Assembly: GCF_009914755.1 (NCBI RefSeq)
Contig: NC_060930.1
Reading direction: 5' to 3' (one strand)
DNA length: 64,000 nt
Source of the DNA: the human T2T-CHM13v2.0 reference genome, Homo sapiens
Position numbers and translations under genes: made by a program
The notes under the pieces: generated by a model
What the model was told of the DNA's origin: nothing
The model's input: only the letters and a program-made list of their open reading frames with translations
Database searches by the model: none
Shown here: piece by piece, positions 44,739 to 64,000 of the stretch
Layout: every line of letters starts with the position of its first letter
Position numbering within the stretch: position 1 is the first letter of the stretch

Positions 44739-45608
44739 TAGTAGCTGGGATTACAGGCACCAGCCACCACGCCCGGCTAATTTTTTGTATTTTTAGTAGA
44801 GACGGGTTTTGCCATGTTGGCCAGGCTGGTCTCGAACTCCTGACTTCAGGTGATCTGCTGGCCTCAGCCTCCCAAAGTGCTGGAATTACAGGCATGAGTC
44901 TCTGAGCTCAGCCTAGTTATTCCTATTTTATAATTGAGTAACCTGAGCCTTAGATGTATTATATAACCTTTTCCACCTTACAATTACGAGAAAAATTGCG
45001 AATGGGAGTAAATATTGGGGTACATGTATTTCCAGCTAATGCTTTCTACAAATGTATATCTAGCTGGGAAATGTTCCCCGCTCTTGAGACAAATTATGTG
45101 TGCTTGTGTGTGCACATGCACACGTGTGTGTAAATTCCAAATATCTGGCTTACACATTTCCCCTCTTCCTTGCTTTGTGTTTCTGTTCATGCCTTTTTCT
45201 GTTATTTCAGAACTCAAACTGATTCCTGATCCCTTAGAGTCCTTGTGAGATTTGTCATCCATAAATACATCCTCTAAGATTCTTTTTTTTTCTTAACAGA
45301 ACTTATTCTTAAAAATGTTCCTTTCATATTATCACCCCCACTCAACTGGTCTTCCTTTCTCTGGAGACTTTTGAATGCTTTGACATCAGCATCAAAATCA
45401 TGGCTGGCCATTCCCTCATTGCTAAATGTGCACGGCTGTGGAGATGTGAAATATGAAAGCGACAACTTGGAAATTGTGCCCTCTCCAAACCCTTGGGTCT
45501 GGTCTGGCTCTGGCCCAGCGTAGGAGGTTGGACAGTGGGTCATTTTCTACAGCAGCTCAGACCCAGCTCAACATCAATCCCAAGGCCAAAGAAAATGCAC
45601 CTTCCTTC

Positions 45609-46288
45609 TGTTGGGGCTCGGAAAACAGTACCCCAAAATGAAGGCTTCGGAAATAGCCTCAGAAACACGTTTTTCTCTGACCTTCTTCTGCCCTCCTGTC
45701 TCTCAGTCCCAGTCTCCCTCCGAGGCTAGCCTGAGAAACTAGAATCCCTCTTCTCCAATGCAGGTTACAGAAATCAGAATGCTTTTTTCCCAAAGCCAGC
45801 CATAAAACCTAAAAATATTACTCCAATTTTCCCTTTGCCTTTCTGTGTAAAAACTGGCCATAAAGAAATTATCTGACCCCCATTCCAGAGAGTGGCCCAT
45901 ACCCAGAAGGAAGGAATGCTGCTCAGAGAGGCCAAGAAGAATCTAGAGAGACAGGCCTTGCTGGGTTCCCCCACTCAGGCTGTTAGCGTTAGATCAGACC
46001 TTTTTTGTCCTATCGTATTTCTACACAGCTGTCCATACTTTGTTGAACCTAAGCATAAAAATGGAAACTCTCCCCTGTATTTCTGAGTTTTCATTCTGTA
46101 CACTCCCATGTATAAACACATGCTAAATAAACGTGTATGCCTTTTCCCCAATTACTCTGCCTTTTGTACTTGAGTACTTCTCCTGTCTCAGCCTCCCAAG
46201 TTGCTGGGACTACAGGTGCAGGCCACCACGCCTGGCTAATTTTGATTTTTCAGCAAATCTTCAGAGGGCCAAACCCTTGGCCCCTACA
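45609..46288 (+). mobile_element. ERV1 MER4-group solo LTR (MER39-like)
   Basis: Starts TGTTGGGGCTCGGAAAACAGTACCCCAAAATG, ends ...CCCTTGGCCCCTACA; near-TSD cttc/cctc; AATAAA near the 3' end. Confidence 0.75.
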
Positions 46289-46746
46289 CCTCCAGCCATC
46301 TCATGGCCATGCCCAGGATTCAGATTTTAGTGGTAGCCTCAGCTTGCCTTACTTTAAATCTGCACCTCTTTAGCTGATCCTGAGTGAAACCATTGTTTCA
46401 TAAACACAGTAGGATGAGGCAGATGCTCTCTATTTCAGGCATTTAGCAAGCTCTTACGTTAATTACAAGGGAGGCAGGCTAAGGAAACAAAGGCAAGCCT
46501 TGGGCCAGTCACTTAGTAGTCCAGTAAGCACAGCTTGCTGCCCACCTCAGTTTCTCCTCCTATAACAAAGGCGATGACACTGACTACCACGTAACTACTT
46601 TGGAAAGCACCTTGAGATAACATTCCTTTTCATTGTCCTGAATTATGCAAAGATATGTCAGTAGCAACATTACTTAGTTTCTAATTATTCTGGAGGGAAA
46701 AGCCTTCTATTTCAGTCTACCTCCTTCAGTATCTTTCACCTTTTGA

Positions 46747-47181
<435 letters not shown>

Positions 47182-47874
47182 TAACATTTTCTGAAAGTTA
47201 GGACACTATTTTCTAAATAATAATATGCATTTTTGTTCTCAAATAAGATGCTAAGTCAGTGGGAAACATTTCATTTCAATTATGGGCAATCTGTATTTAG
47301 CATATGGTTTAGCGATCTGGTCTTATTTTTGTTTTTCCTTTTTGAGAACTGCTTTGTCTTTCAGTAGTGGCTAATTTATCCTGATTTAGAACTCTATTCT
47401 ATGAGCATTCATCTTAAATATACTTTCTTGTGTTTGTATAATTCCTTTTTAAGAAATATATATGCAAATATTTCTAATTTGAAGTTTTAAAAATTAACCT
47501 TTAACACTCTGCTCCCATAGCAATGTCCTATTTGGGAGGCCATTGTTTTGTTGCAAATAGATAAGAAATATTGTTTAAAAACTATTCCTGGAACGTGTGA
47601 TAGTGATGTATATTAACATATTTCCAAAAGGAAGCAAAATAAACACATCAATCACTGAATTTCACATCTGCGTATGTTGCAGCTAGTGCTTTTGAATACA
47701 TTCTCAATCATATATTTTCTCCTTTATTTTGATTTAAGACTTGATTTCTGCAATTTGAATTGCTTCATAAGCCTTTCTGTTTTTCAGATGCCTATACTCT
47801 GTAACTCTATTTTCCTAGCCTTATATCACAAATTCACTTTAAATTTTGGTTAAAGTCTCAGTGTCAGAACTTAC

Positions 47875-48107
47875 TTTCTGGTGCCAGGAAAGGTGTAACT
47901 TGAAGTCCCTTTCTGGTCGTCAGACCCCTCCCACCTCATTTGTTGTGAACAGAACACTTTCTTTAGAATGCTTTCCTTAAAAAACTTGGAGCTAATCTTC
48001 TCTCTGTGAACATTACTGAACACCTTGCCTTCTGGAAGCCAGCTGATCTTGTCACACCCACCATGGCGAGGGGGAAGAAGAAGGTATTCAGGAGACACAG
48101 CAACCCT
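47875..48107 (-). CDS. FAM217A: Candidate upstream coding exon of a long FAM217A isoform (RVAVSPEYLLLPPRHGG...FPGTR)
   Basis: ttctgttcctaAG|AGG acceptor, AA|GTAAGT donor, open frame, phase 0/2 compatible with the flanking exons. Confidence 0.75.
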
Positions 48108-49634
48108 CTTAGGAACAGAAAAAGGAATTGCATTTACCTAAAAGTCATGAATAAAAGATCAGCCTAACTAGAAAAACAACCCAGAGTCATGCAGCTGCTG
48201 CGCTGCGGGATCAATTTTAGTTAATAATACACTGCTGGCACCTACGTGGGCTGCTGCCCGGCATAGCAGCTCTCATCACAACAAGAAAAAACTTGCGAGA
48301 AAATAATATGTTAGAAGCCCAGTTTTGAAAAGGTAAATATATTATACACTGAATAATAGAATTGGAAATCAGAGGAATACAAAACAAAATACACAATGAA
48401 AGCATTTGTTCCATCCAAGAATATTAGCACCATGGGCTGAGACCTGGTTGGCTCAGATCAAGATCACACAGCTGGTTAGCAGCAGAATATTTGCCAGGCG
48501 TCATTCATGACGGGTCTTTCCCATCCTAAACAGTGTTCTTTAATTACACTATAATTAGAGAAAATGAATGAGATTGATTCCTAGAAGTGTTATTCATTGT
48601 AAAAAAAAATATATATATATATAAAATATGTAAAAATATATATCCATCTGATAGTTTATTTAAAAACAAAATTTAATAATTGTGACCTACTTCAGATTTC
48701 AACCAAAGTCAGCATGCATCAGATAACTATAAACATTCATCAGTTGCTATTGAGAGCAATGACTAAGAACATATGAGTCAATTTACATGAAGTATAAAGA
48801 ATTACATTTTAGTAGATCACTTCCTTGGCATGTTGAATGGCTTAAAACATGGTTTGTTCTTTACTATTTATATAAATGAAGGTTTAGAGGAATGCACTCA
48901 ACTTTGCCTGGAAGAAAGAAGCTGGGGATATGTCTTCCGGCTGCCAGAATATTCTACCCCCTTCTCCCCACCAAAAACACCTGTAAAATTATGAGAATCA
49001 CATTGAATTCAAGTGGTTCTTGTTAGTTATATAACATATTTTAAATATGTACTTGCATTTAAAGTATTTTTTTTTAAGTTTTACTTTTTGAGTTTGCAAG
49101 TTGAAAGTTAAGAAAAGGAATAGGCCAGACATAGTGGCTTGCGCTTGTAATCACAGCAGTCTGGGAGGCCGAGGCAAGAGGATTGCTTGAGGTCAGGAGT
49201 TTGAGACCAGCCAGGGTAACATAGCGAGACCCTGTCTCTACAAAAGAAAAATAACAAAAATTAGCTGGGCGTAGTGATGCACACCTATAGACTCAGCTAC
49301 TTGTGATGCTGAGGTGGGAGGATTGCTTGAGCCCAGGAGGTCGAGGCTACAGTGAGCTGCACTGCAGCCTGGGCCACAGAGCAAAATTCTGTCTCAAAAA
49401 GAAAGAAAAAAGGAAGGAAGGGAAGGAAGGGAAAAAAGGAAAAAAGAGAAAAGAAAGAAAGCTAGGCGAGGTGGCTCACACCTGTAAACCCAGCACTTTG
49501 GGAGGCCGAGGTGGGTGGCTCACCTGAGGTCAGGAGTTCAAGACCAGCCTGACCAACATGGAGAAACTTTGTCTCTACTAAAAATACAAAATTAGCTGGG
49601 CATGGTGGCGCATGCCTGTACTCCCAGCTACTCA

Positions 49635-49739
<105 letters not shown>

Positions 49740-50304
49740 TCAAAAAAAAAAAAAAAAAAAAAAAAATCCATCTATCTATATATATGCATATATGAATGGA
49801 ATTTTATATCTGCCACTCTGGCCACTAATGTATCATATGGTATAATCATGATGCTTTAATAGTCTTAGCCAAAGGTTTTTAAGGTTGGTGAAAAGCTAGC
49901 CCACGCTCCCAGATTTGCCATAGCATACTAGGCTCACACGCCTTCTCTGCTTCTCACCAGCCTGCAGTGTGGCTCTCTAGGTGGTTCATGAAGAGTAGAG
50001 CAATTATGGGGAACCTGGCTCCTGGTAGAGCATGCTGAAATCTAAAAGTAGCTGTAACAAACTCTATTATTTGCATTTTTGTTCCAAATCTGATACTAGT
50101 TCTTGGCAGCTTCTGTCTTGCTCTGGACTGTGCTATCAAGTGTGGTGATTTAAGATTATTTAATACTTCTATTGTTTTCTGCTTTTTGGTCTGCAATGAA
50201 GAATGGCTTCTTACCGGGAAGGCTCCGGTTGAGCATTTGTTTACTTTGTTTTCTTGGTATTAGTTTGGATAAGAACATAAGGAGTAACTAGTTTGGCTTC
50301 TTAC

Positions 50305-50322
50305 CTGTGTTAATCTGGGCAT
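50305..50322 (-). CDS. FAM217A: Candidate first coding segment of the long FAM217A isoform (MPRLTQ)
   Basis: gaggaaATGCCCAGATTAACACAG|GTAAGA; phase-0 donor in frame with the 48107 acceptor. Confidence 0.7.
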
Positions 50323-50643
50323 TTCCTCAGTTTTGGACGATGAAGCTCTTTCCTCAGTTCTGCTGAGGACTGCACTGATGTAACCACTCTCTCTTGGGGC
50401 CTCGTAGGTCTGTGGAGCCTTAATTAGGTACATACTGGGAGCAAGGCTTCTACAAAGTACCAGATGGGAAAATACCACTGGATACGCGCGCCCCCGCTTT
50501 CCCCTCTTCCTTTTAGCAAAGCTCTCAGTTTTCCCCAGAAATGGTCCATGTCCAGACGCAAGACTGGAGTTTCTGCCACAAATCCCCAAATGACTTGGCA
50601 GGATATTTTCAATGGGCTGGTTTTCTCTGCTTTGAAAATGCAG

Positions 50644-51021
50644 GATGAACACGCAGGGTTCCGGACCAATACCTGGGCCATTGTGACTCTCAGAATGCCA
50701 GGCAATAAGAGATCAGAAAGCTGGTTCCACTTCATCTTGGAGATGGAGGAAAGCTTGCCAGAACAACTGCACACCCCATCCACTCCTCATGTTCTCAGTT
50801 TGTTCTTCTCTGTGATACAACCAGCATCACGAGAACAGCCAGCAGCAGCTCCAGCGTGATAAAATTTTCACTCCTTGACAAGTGTAAGAAGCCGGAAAAC
50901 TGTGCCCAGCCAGAAGTTTTGTGTCGCCCCTTTGAGATGCTGTCTAACCTCCACGAGCTGCTTCCGAATCACCTGATGGAGACGCTTTATTCCCGCAAGA
51001 GTGAAGAGGACAAGAAAAAAT
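50644..51021 (+). pseudogene. C6orf201: C6orf201/TEX56P exon 2; remnant ORF from GTG 50856 or ATG 50937 ([28 protein letters not shown])
   Basis: Acceptor ...ttgaaaatgcAG|g (approximate), donor AAT|GTATGT; peptide recognised as C6orf201/TEX56-like. Confidence 0.75.
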
Positions 51022-51607
51022 GTATGTGGGCCGAGGGTGGGCATGAGTTCTTTTCAGCAAGCATATGCTTTATCTTGATACAAACTGCCTCTACTTTAAG
51101 ACGCAAGGAAGAACTTTTACTCTTTATTTTACTTAGTGTATTTTTATTATTTTTTGAGACGAGGCTCTCGCTTTATCCCCCAGGCTGGAGTGCAGGAGTG
51201 CAATAATCGTGGCTCACCACAGCTTCAAACTCCTGGGCTCATGCGATCCTCCCACCTCGACCTCCCCAGTAGCTGGGACTACAGGTGCATTGCCACCACA
51301 ATGTCTAATTTTTTAATTTTTTGTAGAGCTGCACCCCCCCCGCTCCCCACATCCCCATGTTGCCTGGGCTGGTCTCGAACTCCCAAGCTCAAGCCTTTGC
51401 CCGCCTTTGTCTCCAAAGTGCTGGAATTCGAGGTGGGATCCCCTGCACCCGGCCAGAACTTGCTCTGTACGTTGTAGGTGTGATCGGTCCTCTAGACACA
51501 TGTCCCCATCCATGGGCTTATTCTGGAATTTACTCATGTGCTGATTATCCATTGCTTCTTCATGTTCTTTTGCATAAATAGTCTTTTGTGAGCCAAGTTA
51601 GGCGTGA

Positions 51608-51850
<243 letters not shown>

Positions 51851-52537
51851 TGATATGCCCGCCTCGGCCTCCCAAAGTGCGGGATTACAGGCGTGAGCCA
51901 CCACACACGGCCAGGCCTGACTCTCTTCTTTAGGCAAAGCTTACCTGTGGGAATATGGAAAGGGTACTGAGAGGGAAATGCCGCTAAATTTACAATTTAA
52001 GCTTTATATTTGATTTTAAGATTAGTGAGAGAACTTCCAAGTGGAAAGTCAGGTTTTGAACTTTGTTCCTTTGCTCTGTTTCCTATGATTCCTTCCTCCT
52101 ATGGCCATGATTGCACCAGGAAGAAGCTGGATATTTTCTTTCCTCCTGGCGATTATAAGCAACCTGTACTGTTTGCAGTATGGAGTGGCCTGACACTCCT
52201 GAAATTCTGTCAGGGTCAATGATAATAGGGCCGATTTGCAGCATTGGGTGGAGTCTGCCTCCTGAATTGTTCCTGCTTAAGTGGAGGAGAAAGATAGAGG
52301 CAGCCACCTGTGCTCATGAACTTAGAAAACAAAATAGCAGCCGCCACAGAGATTAAGATGCAATTCCGAAGCCAGGCGCGGTGGGCTCACGCCTGTAATC
52401 CCAGCACTTTGGGAGGCCAAGACGGGTGGATCACCTGAAGTCAGGAGTTCAAGACCAGCCTGACCAACATGGTGAAACCCCATGTTTACAAAAAGTAGCT
52501 GGGCATGATGGTGGGTGCCTGTAATTTCAGCTATTCA

Positions 52538-52726
<189 letters not shown>

Positions 52727-52729
52727 TCA

Positions 52730-54937
<2,208 letters not shown>

Positions 54938-55054
54938 CCACCCTACCCAGCTTTTGTAAGGTTCACTTCCATCCAGTTTCAATAGAAATTGCATAATCTT
55001 TTGACGGAAATGCTCCTGAGATCCTCCTATATTCAAGCAGACTCCAAATGACTA

Positions 55055-58304
<3,250 letters not shown>

Positions 58305-58596
58305 TAGTAGAGACAGGGTTTTGCCATTTTGGCCAGGCTGCTCTCAAACTCCTGACCTCAAGTGGTCCACCCACCTCGGCTTCCCAAAGTGCTGGGATTA
58401 CAGGCATGAACCGCCAAGTCCGGCTGGGGTTTACATTTAGCTCAAAGAAAATCTGTGCCCTTGCTCCCCATACCTTCACCCCGTTGATAAAAGCACAGTT
58501 GGCTTCCAACACTGCCCTCTTTTCTCTGTGGCCACAGGCAGCTGTGATCCCAGCCACTCACCATTGTGTTTCAAGGTGTTACAGGCTCAACAAAAT

Positions 58597-59071
58597 ATAT
58601 GGCTATATATTGGTGATTTTGCCTCAACAACATATATTGTCCCTCAACAAGATATATTGAAGTCCTAACTCCCAGCACCCCAGAATGTGACTAGATTTGG
58701 AAATAGGATCTTTACAGGGTGCAGATGTAATTAATTAAACTTAGGTGAACGTAATATGTGTAGAGAGAGTTCTTCATCCAGTATGACTGGTGACCTTATA
58801 AGAAGAAAGAGACACGCAGGAGCCGATGGCCTTGTGACAGTAGAGACAGAGATGGGAGTGATGCATCCATAGGCAAGGAATACCAAGGATTGCAGGCAAA
58901 CACCAGAAACTAGGAAGAGACAAAGAAAGATTCTCCCCTCAAGGTTTCAGCGTGGCCTTGCTGACATCTTGATATCTGACTTCCAGCCTCCTGAATCGTG
59001 AGACAATAAATTTGTTGTTTCAAGTGACCCACTTTGTGGCACTGTTAGGACAGCCCTAGGAGACTGAGCAC
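58597..59071 (+). mobile_element. MLT1B/C MaLR LTR
   Basis: GAAGTCCTAACTCCCAGCACC...GAATGTGACT...TTTGGAAATAGG...ACAATAAATTTGTTGTTTCAAG...CAGCCCTAGGA. Confidence 0.8.
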
Positions 59072-59359
59072 CAGTGTCAGGAGACATAGTCCCATTCCTC
59101 AGGTACTTCTCTAAAGTCCCCTTAAAGCCAAGGGTGGGAAGGGGAATGACATAGTACACAGCACTGCCCCAACTCTGTGCCTAAAGAAATCCTCAAGTGC
59201 CTTAAGGAATCCTGAATGAATCCTCCGTTTTTTCACATATTGATAGGGATGCTGTGCACGCATAGGTGTCCGGCACCTACTCGAGTTTTCTCAGACTTGC
59301 GGCCTTGGACAAAACAAGACAACAGAAAAATGTATATTTTCACATCCTGTTACATGTAT

Positions 59360-59870
59360 ATGTCCTTCAACTTAGCAATTCCACTTCTAGTTATTATCCT
59401 ACAGAAACAACTTGTACCTGAGCCCAAAGATGGATAAATATGGCCGTGCACTGAAGCATTGTTTATAATAGTCAAAAATTTAAACAACCTATGACATTCA
59501 GTAGCAGAAGAATTAAACGAAGGCATATATCCACATAGTGGAATACTATTAAAAAGAAAGTTGACATTAACATGTCTACAATACAGATTATAGAGTTTTA
59601 ATAAGCTGCAAAGGAAGATACACAATATGGATCCATGTATGCCAAAAGAAAACTATACATTTGTACATATATATGTGTATATAAATGCATAGAAAAGAGT
59701 TTTGAAGGAGACTTAGGAAATTCAGGACGGTGGCTACATCTGGAGAAAGGATAGAGCTTGAAGAGGGAAAATGAAGCAAAACTTTCCCTTTTTGCTATGT
59801 AGACTTCGCTGAGTTGTTTCATTTTAATTATTCCAATGGAAACCTTTTACTTTTGTAATTAAAATGCAAC
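59360..59870 (+). mobile_element. Old L1M(E/C) 3' fragment
   Basis: AGCAATTCCACTTCTAG...GCATTGTTTATAATAG...AAACAACC...ATATCCACATAGTGGAATACTAT. Confidence 0.7.
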
Positions 59871-60703
59871 ATTAACACTGAAAATGCAGTAATTATGTGA
59901 AGTTGGAGAAATGAGTTTTGATTTTCTAGAGACATTCTCATTCTATGTTGATTTAGATTTTGTCTCCGTAGCCTCCCAGTGTAGACGGTGATAGACGTCG
60001 GTACACATTTAGCAGCCGGTAATTCCTGCCATGTACAACTGCCAAGCAGCAGTGGGGTGCCTTTGTTTCAGAGGTATTTGGGTGCAGTGATTCTTTGCTA
60101 TGGTTGGAAGCCAGTTTAAGGAGGTTCATGCAGCTGAGGTGAACAGCATTAAGGGGTAAGAAATGACTCCTCAGAGTTCTGAGTTTGTGCCTTCAGGGAA
60201 CTGGCCTCAGGCTGAGTCCAGTCACTGGGAGCACATTGGCCTTTGAGGTCTTAAATTCATCACTAAAAATGTGCTCCGTTGCCAAGATGCCATTTCCAAA
60301 CATATAGTGATTTCCTTGCATATGCATCCTGAAGACATGACCCTATTGCTCTGACTTTCATCCGTCAGACCAAGGATTTAAAAATAGATACTGCTGTCTT
60401 GCTGCTGCTGGGTCTAAAGCCTTCCTTCTAGAAGAAATTTCTTTTGACCTTAAAAATAGGTTTTGTTCTTTTCCTGTCAATCCCCTCTTCACCTGCAAGA
60501 TGCTTTGCCTGTATTACACTATATTGGTTACCCAGAAATGATTACATGAAGAAAGAAAGAAAAAGAACTAAACATATTTTTTTTAAAAAAACCCAGGTTT
60601 TTATTTTATATTTTAAATATAAAGTTAACTTTGGGAGGCTGAGGCAGGAGGATCACTTGAGGCTATGAATGAGATCAGCCTAGGCAACAAAGTAAGACGC
60701 TCA

Positions 60704-60856
<153 letters not shown>

Positions 60857-61410
60857 TCATGGAGGTGCTGGCTGACCAGGGAGGGATGCCATTCCATTTC
60901 TGATAACATAGGATCTAAGCCCCTCTGGTATTGACTTCATCTTCTCCAAGTGGCTCTACCATGCAATTGTAGCTGTACCGCTGGCCATCCAGAGCTCCTA
61001 CAGTAGGCCGCAACAGTCCAAACCTCAAGTCTCAGTTATTGGAACACCCAAAAGAAGGAAGGCATTTCCCACCGGCATAGCTGAAAATAGACATGCTTAT
61101 AACAGAGCGAGAAAAAACAGTTCATTTCTGGCCAGAAATGAATTTTGTGGAATCAAAAAGAACAGTAAGTGACACTCCCACATTCTAACTGACAAAGCAT
61201 GCTGGAAGTTCAGTCCTATGTTGTAATCCTTGCTCAGACAAAATCATCAATAAAACGGGGCCCCAAGTTGTGCGGCCTGACAATAATGTTAACATTCACC
61301 CTATTTCTTCTGGGAAGTTTCAAAATGTGCATCTCCAATTAAGTATGCAATTAAAGGGAAAATGAGAATCACAATAATAATAATTGTATGGTAACTTGCC
61401 ATTAGTTTGA

Positions 61411-61675
<265 letters not shown>

Positions 61676-61841
61676 TAGCCAGGACGGTCTTGATCTCCTG
61701 ACCTCATGATCCGCCCACCTCGGCCTCCCAAATTTTGGGAGGTGTGAGCCACCGCACCCGGCCTTGTTCATTCTTTTATTTACTTACAATGTATCTGCTA
61801 GATGTCTAGGACCAGGCTAAGATCTGAATGGTGCTCAGTAA

Positions 61842-62060
<219 letters not shown>

Positions 62061-62293
62061 TAGTAGAGACGGGGTTTCACCATGTTAGCCAGGATGGTCT
62101 CGATATCCTGACCTTGTGATCCTCCCGCCTCAGCCTCCCAAAGTGCTGGGATTACAGGCGTGAGCCACCGTACCCGGCCCAATAGGAATTATTAAGCTGC
62201 ATATATATGTTTTCTCAAATCAGTGCCTTGTTACTCTTGCTATGCAAAGATGGAGAGGAACATTGAATGTATTAATGCTTATTCTATTACCAG

Positions 62294-62492
62294 GTGAGAA
62301 TCCTGAACTCTCTGGCTTAGAAAGAATCTTAGCAAGACATCAGTTGCCAAAAGAGATTAATCTGACCCCAAAGCCGAACAGAATGCCCCCGTGGAAAAGA
62401 AAAATCATCAACAATGTAACTGACGGGTGGAAGAAATGTCACTTGTTGAAGAGAAACACGAAAGAGCCTCCAATGTCCACCATAGTTGTCAG
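62294..62492 (+). pseudogene. C6orf201: C6orf201/TEX56P exon 3 ([28 protein letters not shown]...[10 protein letters not shown])
   Basis: ttctattaccAG|GT acceptor, in phase with exon 2 (T+GT=Cys); AG|GTAGAC donor. Confidence 0.85.
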
Positions 62493-63177
62493 GTAGACTC
62501 TAATTTCTGCCTTATGTGGATATATTTAGAGATACACAGGGTGATCACAAAATCTCTATATGCCTTAGCTAAAAAATGATAAGCACTGTTCTATATAAAA
62601 GCACATGGGCCCCATTTTTACCCACCACCAAGCTGCTAGAGGAGCCCTCACTGGGAGTAAACTCATGGAAATGGGAGCAGGAGTGTGGGTCCTCCATGGC
62701 CCATTGCAGTCTAGAATAGAGAGCAGAAATCTAGCAAGAACAGAGTGGGATTCTTGGAGAGAAACCCAACCACTGAGCTTTGGGGCTTTTTGGCTGCGTA
62801 AGTTGGGAAGCAGCTTGGTTTTTCACACCCACCATTGGCATGACCAGGGGCTAGGATACCATAGCAGGACATGGTGGACCTTTGGCTTTATCCCTGGTCT
62901 GCCAGACTGTACATGGAGAGAACTGGAGCACCATTGGACAGTCTTAACAAGAGGAGTGACATCATCTGACCCAAATCCTCTCTAGCCTCCCAAAGAATGC
63001 ATGGGTGGAGGAGAGCTGTTGGGAGATTTTACAGCTCTGCAGGTAAGGGATGGTGGCCCAGGTGGTAACAGTGGGGATGTGGAATTGGTTGGATTCCGGT
63101 GCTCAAAGTCATAAGCTTTGGTTCCTTGGCAAATTATCTTTTTTTGGTGCACTTCTTTCCCTGCTTATGCCAGATAG

Positions 63178-63426
<249 letters not shown>

Positions 63427-63972
63427 TAATCTCAAACTCCTGACCTCAGGTGATACAACTGCTTGGCCTCCCAAAGTGCTGGGATTACAGGCGTGAGCCA
63501 CCGTGCCTGGTCTATATTTGTTTCTTTCGTATTGCTGCATGTATGGCAATGATGCCTACACTTTGTACATAGTAAGTATTCAAGCAATTTTGCCGGGCTG
63601 TCAGGATAAATGTAGATGTTGCTACAAAGACAGGATCATTTCTGATTTGAAGGTAACATAACCGGGAGAGAGTTCCAGCTCATGAATTTGCCTGAACTGG
63701 AAGCTTCCCCTGGGATTATTGCCCTGGTGAAACAGAGTCCTTGTCTGCATTTTTTTCAGTGTCCTCAGTGGCATAATTTGCCAATTTGATTTAAATATTG
63801 GTAGCCAAAGAAGGCAAAGGTATTATTATAAAAGAAGGTGGTCAATGGAACCATGGTGTTTTCTGGACAAAGCAAAGACACTACATTTTTTGTCCAGAAG
63901 TAGGTAAAGGTTATATTAAGTGATGATATCTGATTACTCAAGTGAAGATTATTTGACCATGCTTTGGAAGCC

Positions 63973-64000
63973 TGATATGATTTGGCTCTGTCCCCACCCA
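63973..64000 (+). mobile_element. 5' end of a THE1/MST LTR, cut by the window end
   Basis: TGATATGATTTGGCTCTGTCCCCACCCA. Confidence 0.7.

Noticed and set aside
45105-45132. Alternating purine-pyrimidine tract (Z-DNA potential)
   Set aside because: Short degenerate (TG/CA)n simple repeat with no supporting context.
62605-62985. 126-aa ORF downstream of TEX56P exon 3
   Set aside because: No recognisable domain or splice support; probably chance or old repeat sequence.

Overview
Primate, almost certainly human, gene-dense and Alu-rich genomic DNA. The recognisable genes place it at the PRPF4B / FAM217A / C6orf201 (TEX56P) locus on 6p25. (1) The 3' part of PRPF4B (+ strand): 13 coding exons between 1003 and 23918 splice with consistent phases into the RS region and complete PRP4 kinase domain, followed by a ~4.4 kb 3' UTR. 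(2) FAM217A (- strand): six coding exons, including a 14-nt microexon, give 508 aa. (3) A CpG-island bidirectional promoter at ~41.8-43.0 kb. (4) The first three exons of C6orf201/TEX56P (+ strand). There are also >40 Alus, three solo LTRs (MER39-like, LTR12, LTR18-like), MaLR LTRs, several DNA-transposon fossils and a truncated U13 snoRNA retrocopy. I see no prokaryotic-type system or CRISPR array. The most interesting signals are regulatory architecture: (a) an in-frame 134-aa N-terminally extended FAM217A isoform, antisense to and interlocked with TEX56P, that reuses the CpG-island first exon as an internal coding exon; (b) a chain of splice-site-bounded exons in the PRPF4B 3' UTR plus candidate poison exons, suggesting AS-NMD feedback on a splicing kinase; (c) an apparent ATG>GTG start loss in TEX56P; (d) a sense-oriented LTR12 promoter upstream of a TEX56P exon; (e) a 71-nt locally templated Alu insertion inside an LTR. 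Gene and repeat-subfamily names come from recognition, not from a search.
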